A stretch of DNA of 64,000 nucleotides. Source: a bacterium. Lineage in GTDB: Bacteria > Zhuqueibacterota > Zhuqueibacteria > Residuimicrobiales > Krinioviventaceae. The stretch's first letter is position 1. Every line of letters starts with the position of its first letter. The position numbers and the translations under genes were made by a program. The notes under the pieces are model-generated. The model searched no databases. It was not told the DNA's origin and saw only the letters and a program-made list of their open reading frames with translations. Positions 10,898 to 21,792 of the stretch are shown here, in pieces. The DNA lies in NCBI GenBank assembly GCA_963693055.1, contig OY843751.1:1024001-1088000 (forward strand), read 5' to 3'.

Positions 10898-12202
10898 TTA
10901 AAGCTCCAACCCCAGAATATATTCTGCAATTTCTGTCAACTGGGCGTCTCCTAAATGTGCCATAGACGGCATAATAGGGCCACCGCGTTTGACCTGTGGA
11001 TTCTTGGCCCATAATACTATTTGTTGTGGATTATCTGGATATAATCCGGCAATTTCTTTAAGAGATGGACCCACCATTACCGTAGCCGGTGCATGGCACA
11101 CGCCACAATTTCTTGCAAACGCGGCTTCAGCACCGGTAGCTTTGGGTGCTTTACTGATGCCCATGCGCTCGCGTCCTCTGGCCGCTTCGGCTTGCCAATA
11201 GAGCAGCTCAGTTTTTTCTGCAACCATTTTACGATGTGGATCAACAGCACGTTCACGATAATAGTGACGTCCAAATGCCATCATGGTTACGGTACAGGTA
11301 AGCAAAATAATGATGAGCCAGAAACGTCCATTTGAAAATTCACGTTGGCTGCGGAGTTCGTTCCATACATACAACATGAACAAAATTGCACCGGTAATTC
11401 CTAAACCGATAAAGAGGTATACGGTAAGATCAAGACCATGCACAGGCAGGGTCAGTAATAATAATGGTCCTACAATAAACTGCATAGAGGTAACCATGAA
11501 TGCAATTTTGTAAAAAAGTCGTTTTACTTCTGAACGGGTAAAACCCGGCAGTTTTTCTTCGTGTGGATATTTTTTGCGTCCAAACCAGCCTGCACCAAAC
11601 AAAGCGGTTACTGCAATGGCTGCAAGAACAAAGTGCATATAACGGGGGATTACGTTTTGCAATAGAACAGCAGAGATAAATCCTTTAACCTCCAGCCAGC
11701 GGGTGGGAAAAAGCATAAGGTTCACATTGGCCAGAAAAATAAGAGGAATGACCATAAATAACGCCAGTGCCACACCTGCTATTGTAAGGTGAATGAGTTT
11801 GTTGTCTGCAAGTTTGTCCCAGGTATATTTATGCAGATAGGTCAGTAAAAATGCTACCGAAACTGCAGGAATAATCATTACCCAGGCAATACCGGTAAGA
11901 GAGGTGGAAGCGTAAAAATAAGTTGTATATGCCAGATTGATTGCCAACAGGGGTGCAACGCCCAACACCACAGCCAGACTTTTATTAACCGTTACTGTTT
12001 TGGAAATTTCTCGAGCCAGATGATCATATCTTTTATTTGATATTCCCATGATTTCAAAGATAAACGAGAGTGCCACACCACCAAACATAAAGTTTACAAA
12101 CAGAATGTGCAGCATGAACAGAAAAACCAGTAAAATTTTTAATGTACCTTCCGGTAAGGGAAGTTGTAATTGTATATCATGAGGTACAGGTATAGAATCC
12201 AT
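10898..12202 (-). CDS. Multi-TM cytochrome bd-superfamily partner subunit with C-terminal c-type cytochrome
   Basis: About 9 TM helices, LHILFVN, RYMH; C-terminal CGVCH with downstream PIMPSM axial Met. Confidence 0.75.
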   Translation of the reverse strand: MDSIPVPHDIQLQLPLPEGTLKILLVFLFMLHILFVNFMFGGVALSFIFEIMGISNKRYDHLAREISKTVTVNKSLAVVLGVAPLLAINLAYTTYFYASTSLTGIAWVMIIPAVSVAFLLTYLHKYTWDKLADNKLIHLTIAGVALALFMVIPLIFLANVNLMLFPTRWLEVKGFISAVLLQNVIPRYMHFVLAAIAVTALFGAGWFGRKKYPHEEKLPGFTRSEVKRLFYKIAFMVTSMQFIVGPLLLLTLPVHGLDLTVYLFIGLGITGAILFMLYVWNELRSQREFSNGRFWLIIILLTCTVTMMAFGRHYYRERAVDPHRKMVAEKTELLYWQAEAARGRERMGISKAPKATGAEAAFARNCGVCHAPATVMVGPSLKEIAGLYPDNPQQIVLWAKNPQVKRGGPIMPSMAHLGDAQLTEIAEYILGLEL

Positions 12203-12225
12203 ATCTTCCTCTATTGTTAAGGTCC

Positions 12226-13620
12226 TTAATTATCAATTCCTGCTGTTTGTGCACCTTCCATGCGAAAGGCCCGGTTTTGGTGAGCAATAATAAACTCACT
12301 CAACGCATTGCGTTCGGCATCGGTACCGGGATATGGAGGCATAAAGGGTCTCACATTGTGCATACCCGCTATAAAGTTAGAGATCTGTTCCGGCGTCCAG
12401 GGGGTATCCCCGGGGAACAGGTAACGAAATTTACCGGTTACACTGTTTAATCCGCTTACAGTATGGCAGCGACTGCACGTGAGCATAAATATGTCGCGAC
12501 CAGCTTCATAGTGGTTATCGGGAGTAATCTCTTTGGTTTTTACGAATGAAGCATGGGGGAGCACTCCATCTTCACTGTAAAGCGCATAATTGTCTTTTAG
12601 TAACCCGTTTGCGTACATATAATCTGCAATGACATAGGGCTTGCGCAGGAATTCTCTTGCACGTTCAAAGTAACCCAGTAAAGCAATGCCAATAATAAAA
12701 GGTATTATCATTACAAACCTGGGTACCCAGCGTGAACGGATAATGCCTGCTATTGCTACTATGGCTACTGTTACAACCATAGCCAGCAGTATAATGAGAA
12801 TTGTATGGTACCAATTTGCATAATTTTGAGTTGCAATGGCAATTGGGGCGTTTTCAGCCATATATGCAGGTATGCGCTGCCAATACCACCAAGCTGATGC
12901 AGCGGCAGGAACCAGCCATATCAAACTCCAGATGGAAAGATATCTAATAACCGTATAACGCACCGGTTGTTTTTTTACGAAAAAGGGTACCAGAAACATG
13001 AAAAACAATCCGCTGCTCATCATAGCAAAAGAGGTCCGAAAGGCTAACTGTGGAATGTATACCGGATTCAAAACCGCGGTTAGTAAGCTCGAAAATTCAG
13101 TCCATTCACGTACAAATGGCATCCATTGTCCGGGGGTCATCATAAATCCCAGCACTGCTGTAATAATGACCATGGTGAGCCAGGAGAATAGTGCCAGGAA
13201 AGCACCTATGCGGATATGTTTCTTTTTATTGGTTTTGGACATGGATTTCCAGCTCAGGAAATACCACATGATAAAGCAAACTTCTGCAACAAAGATGATC
13301 CATTCGGTAAACCATGCCCAAAAGAAAATCCGTAACAAGCTGCCTATGGCATCCGGATTTACCAGCGATGTGGTGAGCCAGATTCCCACACCGGTTAAAG
13401 CTCCAAATGTGGTTGTAATGATGAAAAATACAAAAGTGAATTTGTAAGCCAGTTCGTCCAGCCCGGCATCATTACGTTTATGGGCTATCCATTCCAGCAG
13501 AGTTACAAGGGGTACAGCACCTACAGCCATGGGGTGATTGATCATAACATGCACAATGGCTACAATCGCTACAAGCATGCGATTACCGATAAAGTCCAGA
13601 TGAAAGAGTGGAAAATCCAT
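12226..13620 (-). CDS. Cytochrome bd oxidase subunit I (CydA)-like protein fused to cytochrome c
   Basis: HVMINH in TM1; GALTGVGIW; WFTEWIIFVAE (CydA E99/E107 equivalents); EFLRKPYVI (CydA GRQPW equivalent); C-terminal CSRCH...PFMPP. Confidence 0.8.
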   Translation of the reverse strand: MDFPLFHLDFIGNRMLVAIVAIVHVMINHPMAVGAVPLVTLLEWIAHKRNDAGLDELAYKFTFVFFIITTTFGALTGVGIWLTTSLVNPDAIGSLLRIFFWAWFTEWIIFVAEVCFIMWYFLSWKSMSKTNKKKHIRIGAFLALFSWLTMVIITAVLGFMMTPGQWMPFVREWTEFSSLLTAVLNPVYIPQLAFRTSFAMMSSGLFFMFLVPFFVKKQPVRYTVIRYLSIWSLIWLVPAAASAWWYWQRIPAYMAENAPIAIATQNYANWYHTILIILLAMVVTVAIVAIAGIIRSRWVPRFVMIIPFIIGIALLGYFERAREFLRKPYVIADYMYANGLLKDNYALYSEDGVLPHASFVKTKEITPDNHYEAGRDIFMLTCSRCHTVSGLNSVTGKFRYLFPGDTPWTPEQISNFIAGMHNVRPFMPPYPGTDAERNALSEFIIAHQNRAFRMEGAQTAGIDN

Positions 13621-13628
13621 TCAAACTC

Positions 13629-14252
13629 CTATGCTTTCAGGGTTTTTAAGAATTTATTTGCAGATTTTTGAATAACCTTTTTTTTATGTTGAAGCAATGG
13701 CTCACATAAATCATAGAGCTCTTGATGTAATTCAGGATGATATCTGGCAACAGCTTCAAGTCCTGCTATTGCATGACCAGCATGTCTGCCATTCCAGGCA
13801 GTCAGTATCTTTTGTAATTCCGGCCAGACCTGAATCGCAGTTTCAGAACTGGTTGATGCATAAACGGAAAAAATATCTGCAGTATAGTCCCGCACAATGA
13901 TACTTTTATCATTTTTAAATATATTTAAAAGTTGGCCCAGATGTTTTTCAATAGGTTCAGGGATTTTATCAGCAATAAATGAAAGTGCATGAGCTGCTTC
14001 CCAACGAACACGGGTTGTTTTATTATCAAGACAATTGATTATAGAATTGCTATGGGGAATGATTAAATCGGGATTTGTTTCAGCTACCATTGTAAATACC
14101 TCGGCACAATCTCCTGATGTTTTGGATTGGGTTAATCCTTTTTCGACCTCAAACAATAAAGACGGTTTCGCCAAGCATTGCTCAGCGACGGACCGGTTCG
14201 ATTGCTGGGTTTTATCACCGGTTAACGATGATATCTGGTCTAAAAGGCCCAT
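13629..14252 (-). CDS. HEAT-repeat protein
   Basis: TRVRWEAAHAL and SIIVRDYTA helical repeats. Confidence 0.65.
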   Translation of the reverse strand: MGLLDQISSLTGDKTQQSNRSVAEQCLAKPSLLFEVEKGLTQSKTSGDCAEVFTMVAETNPDLIIPHSNSIINCLDNKTTRVRWEAAHALSFIADKIPEPIEKHLGQLLNIFKNDKSIIVRDYTADIFSVYASTSSETAIQVWPELQKILTAWNGRHAGHAIAGLEAVARYHPELHQELYDLCEPLLQHKKKVIQKSANKFLKTLKA

Positions 14253-14386
14253 ACTGCCCTGTTGTTTTGATGATTTTAAATGGTTTTATGCAATAATAAG
14301 AATCTATATCATAAGGCGCAAGTGAATTTCACAGTCATGTTAAAAGATGTAGTGGAGTTCTGTATGGATGTTGGGGGAAACAGGAT

Positions 14387-14422
14387 TACCTTCCAGGCTT
14401 TGATTTGAATTCCTGGAAGGTA
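14387..14422 (-). terminator. Hairpin after the YbaK gene
   Basis: TACCTTCCAGG...CCTGGAAGGTA. Confidence 0.55.
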
Positions 14423-14433
14423 GGAAGTTGATT

Positions 14434-14925
14434 CTAGTGGGATTTTTTCCGATTATATTTCCTGTGCATTGAGAAATTACCAATGTGCGGATTTGTGAGC
14501 TTTTTGAAATCTTGAAATTTCATTTTTATCAATTCTTTGTGATTGCATGCATTAAAATAGATTTCAGGGTCATTTGCCAAATCTTTGTCAACCCATACAG
14601 GAACATTGTAGAGGTTACCAAAGGGGGGCATTGCACCTACTTCACAATCCGGGAATTGAAACTTGAATTCCTCCTCTGATGCAAGTAGAACCTGATCTGC
14701 ACCGGTAATTTTTTTAAGATGTGAAAAATCAACCTTGTTCGATGCGGGTAAAACAGCCATTGCCATTTTACCATTAATGAGCACCATTACTGTTTTGGCC
14801 ATTTCCTTACCGGGAATATGGGCATAATGGGCAATTTCCTGAGAGGTGTATGCGGGAGAATGGGATAATGTAATATACTTTACATGGTGCTCATCCAAAT
14901 AATGTGTTAATTGGGATGAAGGCAT
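14434..14925 (-). CDS. YbaK/EbsC-family aminoacyl-tRNA deacylase
   Basis: AKTV motif; FPDCEVGAMPPFG; start moved to MPSSQ after an AAGGAG RBS. Confidence 0.85.
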   Translation of the reverse strand: MPSSQLTHYLDEHHVKYITLSHSPAYTSQEIAHYAHIPGKEMAKTVMVLINGKMAMAVLPASNKVDFSHLKKITGADQVLLASEEEFKFQFPDCEVGAMPPFGNLYNVPVWVDKDLANDPEIYFNACNHKELIKMKFQDFKKLTNPHIGNFSMHRKYNRKKSH

Positions 14926-15302
14926 AATATTCTCCTTTATTATATTAAAAATTGAATTGCTGATACACTTGGCAAATAATGGTGGAAATGCAATTAAAGA
15001 AAAGAATGCATCTAGCAATTGATTGTTTTTAATCTAGTCGTTCTTGAGGAATTCTGGTTCCGGAAATTCAAGTGTAAGAGATAGCAGATCTGTTTCTATC
15101 TAATAATAATTAATAATTGATATCATGTCAAGATAATAGTTGTGAAAAATATCTGGTAATCAGCTATATTGAAAAAGTGAATAATTTATGCAGGCAAAAC
15201 ATCAAATAATTATATGGAAATTACTAAATCGGCATTTGGAATATTGCAAAAAAATTACGTTATTAAAATGGAAAAAAATTACTTTATAAAGAGGAATTGC
15301 TA

Positions 15303-17390
15303 ATGAAAAAACTTTTGACAATCCTATTATTGGGAGTTATCATGACTTCATGTACACAACAAAAAAATCCATTTTTACAAACATGGAACACTCCTTTTGG
15401 AACACCACCATTTGATAAAATTCAGGAAAAACATTATATACCCGCTTATCTGGAGGGTATGAAGCAGCAAATGGAAGAAGTTGATGCCATTATTAACAAT
15501 TCTGAAGATCCTACCTTTGAAAATACACTTGAAGCCCTTGACAATAGTGGAAAATTGCTTAATAAGGTAGATAATGTTTTTAGTAATTTAAATTCATCTA
15601 CCACAAATGATGAGTTGCAAAAGATCGCCAAAGAGGTTTCACCATTATTATCAAAGCATTTTGATGATATCTCGATGAACGACAAGCTTTTTGCACGTAT
15701 CAAAGCTGTTTATGACAAACGTGACCAGCTCGAATTGGATACTGAACAGTTTAAACTTTTGGAAAAATCATACAAGGATGCGGTACGTGGTGGCGCGCTT
15801 TTGAATGATGAACAAAAAGACAAGTTGAGAGCAATAAATGCAGAGCTTTCCAAATTGTCTTTGCAGTTTGGTGAAAATGTTTTAAAAGAAAACAATGAAT
15901 TTAAGATGGTTCTTGATAAAAAAGAAGATTTGGCCGGATTACCGGCCAGTGTTATTGCAGCAGCTGAAGAAGCCGCAAAAGAACATGGTGAAGAAGGCAA
16001 GTGGGTGTTTACCCTGCACAAACCAAGTTTAATCCCTTTTTTACAGTTTTCCGACAAAAGAGAATATCGTGAAATTATGCTGAAAGGATATATTGAACGT
16101 GGTAACCATAATAATGAGTTGGATAATAAAGATATACTGAAAAAGATGGCTTCTTTGCGTGTAAAACGCGCCAATCTGCTTGGTTATGAAACACACGCAC
16201 ACTATATCCTTGAAAAAAATATGGCAAAAGAGCCAGAGAATGTTTACGAGTTGTTGTGGAAATTATGGAAACCCGCTTTGAATAAGGCAAAGGCTGAAGC
16301 ATATGATCTGCAAGCCATGATCAATAAAGAGGGTGGTGATTTTAAACTCGAACCCTGGGACTGGTGGTATTATGCAGAAAAGATCAAGAAAGAAAAGTAC
16401 GAGCTGAACGAAGAAGAACTGCGCCCTTATTTTCAGTTAGAGAATGTAAGAGACGGTGCGTTTGCAGTGGCAAACAAACTCTATGGAATAACCTTTACAG
16501 AGCTGCAGGATGTTAAGGTTTATCATCCGGATGTTAAAGTCTTTGAAGTCAAAGATGCGGATGGATCACATGTAGGTGTTTTATATACCGACTATTTCCC
16601 CAGAGCCAGTAAACGCGGTGGTGCATGGATGAGCAGTTTTCGCAAACAATCTAACAATGGTGAATATATCACTCCTTTAATCACCAATACCTGTAATTTT
16701 ACCAAACCCACTGCTGATACACCTTCATTGCTCAGCCTTGAAGAAGTATCTACATTATTTCACGAGTTTGGCCACGCATTGCATGGATTGCTATCTGATT
16801 GTAAGTACAATGAACTTTCCGGAACGTCAGTTTCCAGAGATTTTGTAGAGCTGCCATCACAAATTATGGAAAACTGGGCCAGTGAGCCAGAAGTAATGAA
16901 AAGTTTTGCCAAACATTACAAAACGGGCGAGACGATTCCCGATGATCTGTTGGCCAAAATTGAAAATGCGGGTAAATTTAATCAGGGCTTTGCTACAGTT
17001 GAATATTTAGCCGCATCCTTTTTAGATATGGATTGGCATACACTTGCTGAAACAAAAGAACATGATGTTGATTCCTTTGAAAATGCAAGCATGCAAACCA
17101 TTGGTTTGATACCGGAAATTGTTGTGCGTTACAAGAGCCCATATTTTAGACATATTTTTGCAGGAGGATATTCTTCAGGTTATTACAGCTATATCTGGGC
17201 AGAAGTATTGGATGCAGATGCTTTTCAAGCATTTAAGGAAAACGGTATTTTTGACCGAGAAACTGCAATGGCGTTTCGCAACAATGTGCTTGCAAAAGGT
17301 GGCAGTGAAGATCCTATGAAGTTATATGTAAAGTTTAGAGGTCAGGAACCGGATATAAAAGCCCTTTTGGAACGAAGGGGCCTCAATTAA
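15303..17390 (+). CDS. dcp: M3-family metallopeptidase (peptidyl-dipeptidase Dcp type), lipoprotein
   Basis: Lipobox MTSC; KRGGAWM; TLFHEFGHALH; DFVELPSQ; GGYSSGYYSYIWAE. Confidence 0.92.
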   Translation: MKKLLTILLLGVIMTSCTQQKNPFLQTWNTPFGTPPFDKIQEKHYIPAYLEGMKQQMEEVDAIINNSEDPTFENTLEALDNSGKLLNKVDNVFSNLNSSTTNDELQKIAKEVSPLLSKHFDDISMNDKLFARIKAVYDKRDQLELDTEQFKLLEKSYKDAVRGGALLNDEQKDKLRAINAELSKLSLQFGENVLKENNEFKMVLDKKEDLAGLPASVIAAAEEAAKEHGEEGKWVFTLHKPSLIPFLQFSDKREYREIMLKGYIERGNHNNELDNKDILKKMASLRVKRANLLGYETHAHYILEKNMAKEPENVYELLWKLWKPALNKAKAEAYDLQAMINKEGGDFKLEPWDWWYYAEKIKKEKYELNEEELRPYFQLENVRDGAFAVANKLYGITFTELQDVKVYHPDVKVFEVKDADGSHVGVLYTDYFPRASKRGGAWMSSFRKQSNNGEYITPLITNTCNFTKPTADTPSLLSLEEVSTLFHEFGHALHGLLSDCKYNELSGTSVSRDFVELPSQIMENWASEPEVMKSFAKHYKTGETIPDDLLAKIENAGKFNQGFATVEYLAASFLDMDWHTLAETKEHDVDSFENASMQTIGLIPEIVVRYKSPYFRHIFAGGYSSGYYSYIWAEVLDADAFQAFKENGIFDRETAMAFRNNVLAKGGSEDPMKLYVKFRGQEPDIKALLERRGLN

Positions 17391-17401
17391 ACAAGTTTTT
17401 G

Positions 17402-17435
17402 AAAAAGGTCGTCTCTAACGAGACGGCCTTTTTTT
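17402..17435 (+). terminator. Intrinsic terminator
   Basis: GGTCGTCTC-TAAC-GAGACGGCC followed by a T-run. Confidence 0.85.
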
Positions 17436-17561
17436 ATTTAACAATATACACTCCCCGGGAAAAATTTTATTATTATTGAAAAGTCTTGTTTAAAATCTAG
17501 TTTTTTTTAATTGTCAAGCAAAATAAGAACAATTTTTAGAATTCCTCTTGCATGTAATTAG

Positions 17562-17577
17562 TTGGCATAATTATTGT
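17562..17577 (+). promoter_or_regulatory. sigma54-like -24/-12 element upstream of MCP1
   Basis: TTGGCATAATTATTGT; same motif at 19781 before MCP2; the -12 box is TTGT rather than consensus TTGC. Confidence 0.5.
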
Positions 17578-17756
17578 CTTCTATTTAATAGCATGTTGAT
17601 ATTTACTTACATAATCAGAGTATAAGAACTATGTTATAAAAATCTATTGTTTGTCAAATTTTTGTTGAATATAAAATGTAAAAAAAATTCAAATTTCTTT
17701 TTTCATTAACTTTTTGTCAAGGGGGACGTAGTAAACTAAAGAAAGGATGTAATAAA

Positions 17757-19514
17757 ATGAAAATTCAAAAATTTGGAGTACTATTAAAACTTTTGATAGG
17801 AATTGTATCAATTATTGTTATAAACATAATTATGACACAGCACTTGAAACTCACTGATACGGGGAAAGTGAGTTATTCAATGGGGTATTATCTATTACTG
17901 ACTTTACAGATTTTAATTGCGGGTGTAACAATTTCTTTTATTGTATTTCAATTAAATAAAACGATTGGAATGCTTGACAAGTTGTTAATTGGTGATCTAG
18001 ATAATGATTTTAAATCAAGTACGAAAGATGAGTTTAGTCTTATAGCGCAATATTTGAATGATTTGCAGTTTAAATTGAAAGAAAAAATAATCTGGTATGA
18101 AAATATTCTTGATTCAATTCCATTTCCAATCTCTGTAACTGATATGAATATGAAATGGACTTTTATAAATAAACCTGTTGAAGATATGCTTAAAGTAAAA
18201 CGCGCCGATGTAATGGGGCAACAGTGTGAAAACTGGAATGCAAATATTTGTAAAACTGAAAATTGTGGAGTATTGCGTTTACGCAATGGTTTTAATGAAA
18301 CGTTTTTTAAACAGTTTGGGATGAATTTTAAAGTTGATTCTCAATATATACATGACTTAAAAGGAGAAAAAGTTGGACACATTGAAGTTGTACAGGATAT
18401 TACTTCCTTGTCAAGAATCTCTGAATACTTGAATTCTGAGGTAAGTTCATTGTCTGCTGATATACAACTCATGGCGCATGGTGATTTAACTGTTGAACCT
18501 GTTACAGGTGAGAGTGATGAATATACACATGATGCACGAAAGACGATGTTGCAATTGAATGATGCGTTAATACATACAATACGAAATATGGGTGAAAAGT
18601 TAGGCCAGGTTCAAGCTGCTTCAGACCAGGTAAGTAGTGGTGCTCAACAGATGGCCCAAGCCAGTCAATCTTTAGCTCAAGGTGCTTCAGAGCAGGCAAG
18701 TAATATTGAAGAGATAACAAGCAGTATGCAGGAAATGGGTGCTATGACAAATCAAAATACAGCAACTGCGAAAGAAGCTTTGATTTTATCTCGTGAATCT
18801 ATTAATACTGCTGAAAAATCTTCAGAAAGTATGCAAAAATTATCAGAAGCAATTCAAAAGATTAAGGAATCTTCTGATGAAACTTCAAAAATAATAAAGA
18901 CAATTGACGAAATTGCATTTCAAACCAATTTGTTAGCGCTAAACGCCGCGGTAGAAGCAGCTCGTGCGGGTGAAGCCGGTAAAGGTTTTGCGGTTGTTGC
19001 TGAAGAAGTTAGAAATCTTGCTATGCGTAGTGCTGAAGCAGCCCGTGAAACATCTTTGATGATTGAGACAGCTATTAACAATTCTGATAATGGTGTTTCT
19101 TTAAATACAGAGGTGACTGAATCACTTCAGGAAATGATCAGTCAGGTAAATAAAATTGAAGAGCTTGTAGAAGAGATTTCCTCTGCTAGTAACCAGCAAA
19201 AAGAAGGAATTGATCAGGTAAGCGATGCAATGGAACAAATGAGTAATGTTATTCAACAAAACTCGGCTAATTCTGAAGAGACAGCTAGCGTTGCTGAAGA
19301 ACTTACAAGTCAGGCCCAAGTAATGAAAGAAATGGTGAGTGAATTTAAAATTAAATCAACTCTATCTGCCTCCAAAACAGTAAAATCTCAATCTTTTAGC
19401 AATAATACCAGGATAGCCAAAAGAGAGCAGGGTAATCAACAAAATGAAAAATCAATATCGTCACCTGAACAGTTAATTCCATTTGAAGATGATGATGTTT
19501 TTAATGAATTTTAA
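17757..19514 (+). CDS. Methyl-accepting chemotaxis protein (2 TM, HAMP, Cys-containing PAS, signalling domain, C-terminal pentapeptide VFNEF)
   Basis: [40 protein letters not shown]; PAS N-cap [13 protein letters not shown]. Confidence 0.95.
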   Translation: MKIQKFGVLLKLLIGIVSIIVINIIMTQHLKLTDTGKVSYSMGYYLLLTLQILIAGVTISFIVFQLNKTIGMLDKLLIGDLDNDFKSSTKDEFSLIAQYLNDLQFKLKEKIIWYENILDSIPFPISVTDMNMKWTFINKPVEDMLKVKRADVMGQQCENWNANICKTENCGVLRLRNGFNETFFKQFGMNFKVDSQYIHDLKGEKVGHIEVVQDITSLSRISEYLNSEVSSLSADIQLMAHGDLTVEPVTGESDEYTHDARKTMLQLNDALIHTIRNMGEKLGQVQAASDQVSSGAQQMAQASQSLAQGASEQASNIEEITSSMQEMGAMTNQNTATAKEALILSRESINTAEKSSESMQKLSEAIQKIKESSDETSKIIKTIDEIAFQTNLLALNAAVEAARAGEAGKGFAVVAEEVRNLAMRSAEAARETSLMIETAINNSDNGVSLNTEVTESLQEMISQVNKIEELVEEISSASNQQKEGIDQVSDAMEQMSNVIQQNSANSEETASVAEELTSQAQVMKEMVSEFKIKSTLSASKTVKSQSFSNNTRIAKREQGNQQNEKSISSPEQLIPFEDDDVFNEF

Positions 19515-19607
19515 AAAATTATAAATCAAGGAACCATAAAAGAAAATATCAGAGAATCTGATTCAGTTTTTATCTCTATTTTAAAATATGGTGTTTTGAT
19601 TGTTTCA

Positions 19608-19638
19608 ACAGGCCGTTTCTTTTGAGACGGCCTGTTTT
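19608..19638 (+). terminator. Intrinsic terminator
   Basis: ACAGGCCGTTTC...GAGACGGCCTGT followed by Ts. Confidence 0.8.
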
Positions 19639-19780
19639 GTTTTTTTAAAGTAATCTTTTTTTCCTGCCTCTGGGGAATTTTATTCAAAGTCTTGTATCGT
19701 TCTGTAGAAAAAATATATACACAAATTTTTCAAATCCCTTAAAAACAACTTGTTAGTTGAAAGCTTACTTTTGTCTTGTA

Positions 19781-19796
19781 TTGGCATAATAGTTGT
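19781..19796 (+). promoter_or_regulatory. sigma54-like -24/-12 element upstream of MCP2
   Basis: TTGGCATAATAGTTGT, 14/16 identical to the motif at 17562. Confidence 0.5.
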
Positions 19797-19972
19797 TATT
19801 AGTTGCCATTAAGTACTGTAATACAATCTTGCCAAATTTGAGATTTTAAAGATTTTTATGTCTTGCAATTTAAAATCTTGACTGCAGTAAAAAAATATGA
19901 TAATACAAAAAAAATATTTTGATTTTTGGAAATCAAAGATTTAACGCTATTGTGCAGAAGGGACATTTCAAA

Positions 19973-21736
19973 ATGAAACTACAAAAGAGTGGGGTCCTAT
20001 TACGGCTTGGAGCAGGGTTTATATCCATCATCGTTATTAATTTTTTTATGATTCAGCAATTAAAACTCACAGATGCCGGAGAGCTAGAGCTTTCATTGGG
20101 TTTTTATTTGTTATTAGCTTTGCAGGTTTTAATTGCAGGCATTGTTTTGTTTTCAATTGTTAAACCATTACATAAAACGATTTCCATGCTGGATACACTT
20201 TTAACAGGTGATCTTGATGATAATTTTAAAACCAGTAGTAAAGATGAGTTTGGTTTAATTACTCAATATATAAATGATCTTCAGGAAAAAATTAAAGAAC
20301 GTATTGTTTGGTATCAGAATATTCTCGATGCCTTACCTTTCCCGGTATCTGTGACTGATATGAATATGAAGTGGACATTCATAAATAAAGCTGTTGAAGA
20401 CATGATCAATCAGAAACGCGAACAGGTGTTGGGTAAAAACTGCAATAACTGGAACACAGCTGTCTGTAAAACAGAGAATTGTCCCTTGCATCGTTTAAAA
20501 AATGGTGAAAATCAAACACTATTAGAATTGTATGGATTTAACTTTAGTGCAGAAGCTGCATACGTGCATGATCCCGCGGGCAAGACAATTGGGATGATGG
20601 AAGTTTTGATTGATGTTACAAAGTCAACACGCATTAATAATTATCTTGATAATGAAATACATACCTTGTCTGAAGATTTAATACGCATGTCGCAGGGAGA
20701 TTTAACAGTTGAACCTGTAACAGAAGATGGTGACGAGTATACCCAAAAAACCCGTGAAGCAATATTAAAATTGAACAATTCATTGACTCAGACCATCCGT
20801 AATATGGCAGAAAAACTTGAACAGGTAAAAGCAGCTTCAGATCAGGTTAGCAGTGGTGCACATCAGATGGCACAGGCAAGCCAATCATTGGCACAGGGTG
20901 CTTCTGAACAGGCCAGTAACATTGAAGAGGTTTCAAGTAGTATGCAGGAAATGAGTGCAATGACTAGTCAGAATACTGCAACTGCTAAAGCGGCACTGGA
21001 CTTGTCGCGCGAGTCACGAAATACTGCCGAAAAATCGTCATCCAGTATGGAAAAACTATCAGAAGCGATTCAAAGGATAAAATCATCTTCGGATGAAACT
21101 TTTAAAATTATAAAAACCATTGATGAAATTGCATTCCAAACCAATCTGTTGGCGTTGAACGCTGCTGTAGAAGCGGCCCGTGCTGGTGAAGCAGGTAAAG
21201 GATTTGCCGTTGTTGCAGAAGAAGTAAGAAATCTTGCCATGAGAAGTGCGGATGCTGCCCGTGAAACATCCGATATGATAGAAGCAGCTATCAACAACTC
21301 GGATGATGGAGTTAAATTGAATTTAGAGGTTACCGAGTCTTTGCAGGAGATGATAAGTCAGGTCAATAAAATTGAAGAACTGGTAGATGAAATTGCATCG
21401 GCAAGTGATCAACAAAAAGACGGCATTGATCAGGTAAGCAATGCAATGGAACAAATGAGTAATGTTACACAACAGAACTCGGCAAATTCTGAAGAGACCG
21501 CCAGTGTTGCTGAAGAGCTGACAAGTCAGGCTGAGGTTATGAAAGAGATGGTTTCAGAATTTAAAATAAATTTAAGCCAATCTATGTCTGCATCTGTCAA
21601 GCCCCAAACATCTAACGGAAACGGAAAACATAGCTTTGATGTACCTCGGGTAGCAATACGAGAACAAAAAGCCAAGTCAGAAAAATCACCAGAACAGTTG
21701 ATTCCATTTGATGAAGATGCTTTTGATGGATTTTAG
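19973..21736 (+). CDS. Methyl-accepting chemotaxis protein, tandem paralog of MCP1 (pentapeptide AFDGF)
   Basis: Same architecture and signalling motif; start placed at MKLQK by homology with MKIQK of MCP1. Confidence 0.95.
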   Translation: MKLQKSGVLLRLGAGFISIIVINFFMIQQLKLTDAGELELSLGFYLLLALQVLIAGIVLFSIVKPLHKTISMLDTLLTGDLDDNFKTSSKDEFGLITQYINDLQEKIKERIVWYQNILDALPFPVSVTDMNMKWTFINKAVEDMINQKREQVLGKNCNNWNTAVCKTENCPLHRLKNGENQTLLELYGFNFSAEAAYVHDPAGKTIGMMEVLIDVTKSTRINNYLDNEIHTLSEDLIRMSQGDLTVEPVTEDGDEYTQKTREAILKLNNSLTQTIRNMAEKLEQVKAASDQVSSGAHQMAQASQSLAQGASEQASNIEEVSSSMQEMSAMTSQNTATAKAALDLSRESRNTAEKSSSSMEKLSEAIQRIKSSSDETFKIIKTIDEIAFQTNLLALNAAVEAARAGEAGKGFAVVAEEVRNLAMRSADAARETSDMIEAAINNSDDGVKLNLEVTESLQEMISQVNKIEELVDEIASASDQQKDGIDQVSNAMEQMSNVTQQNSANSEETASVAEELTSQAEVMKEMVSEFKINLSQSMSASVKPQTSNGNGKHSFDVPRVAIREQKAKSEKSPEQLIPFDEDAFDGF

Positions 21737-21758
21737 GGATAACAAGAGGTAAATAATT

Positions 21759-21792
21759 GGGGCTATTTCAATTTCTGAAATAGCCCCTTTTT
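21759..21792. terminator. Hairpin terminator between convergent genes
   Basis: GGGGCTATTTCA-ATTTC-TGAAATAGCCCC followed by Ts. Confidence 0.85.

Noticed and set aside
17402-19638. Similar GAGACGGCC hairpins as a REP-like repeat family
   Set aside because: Only two copies, both in terminator position with U-tracts; most simply ordinary, possibly co-duplicated terminators.
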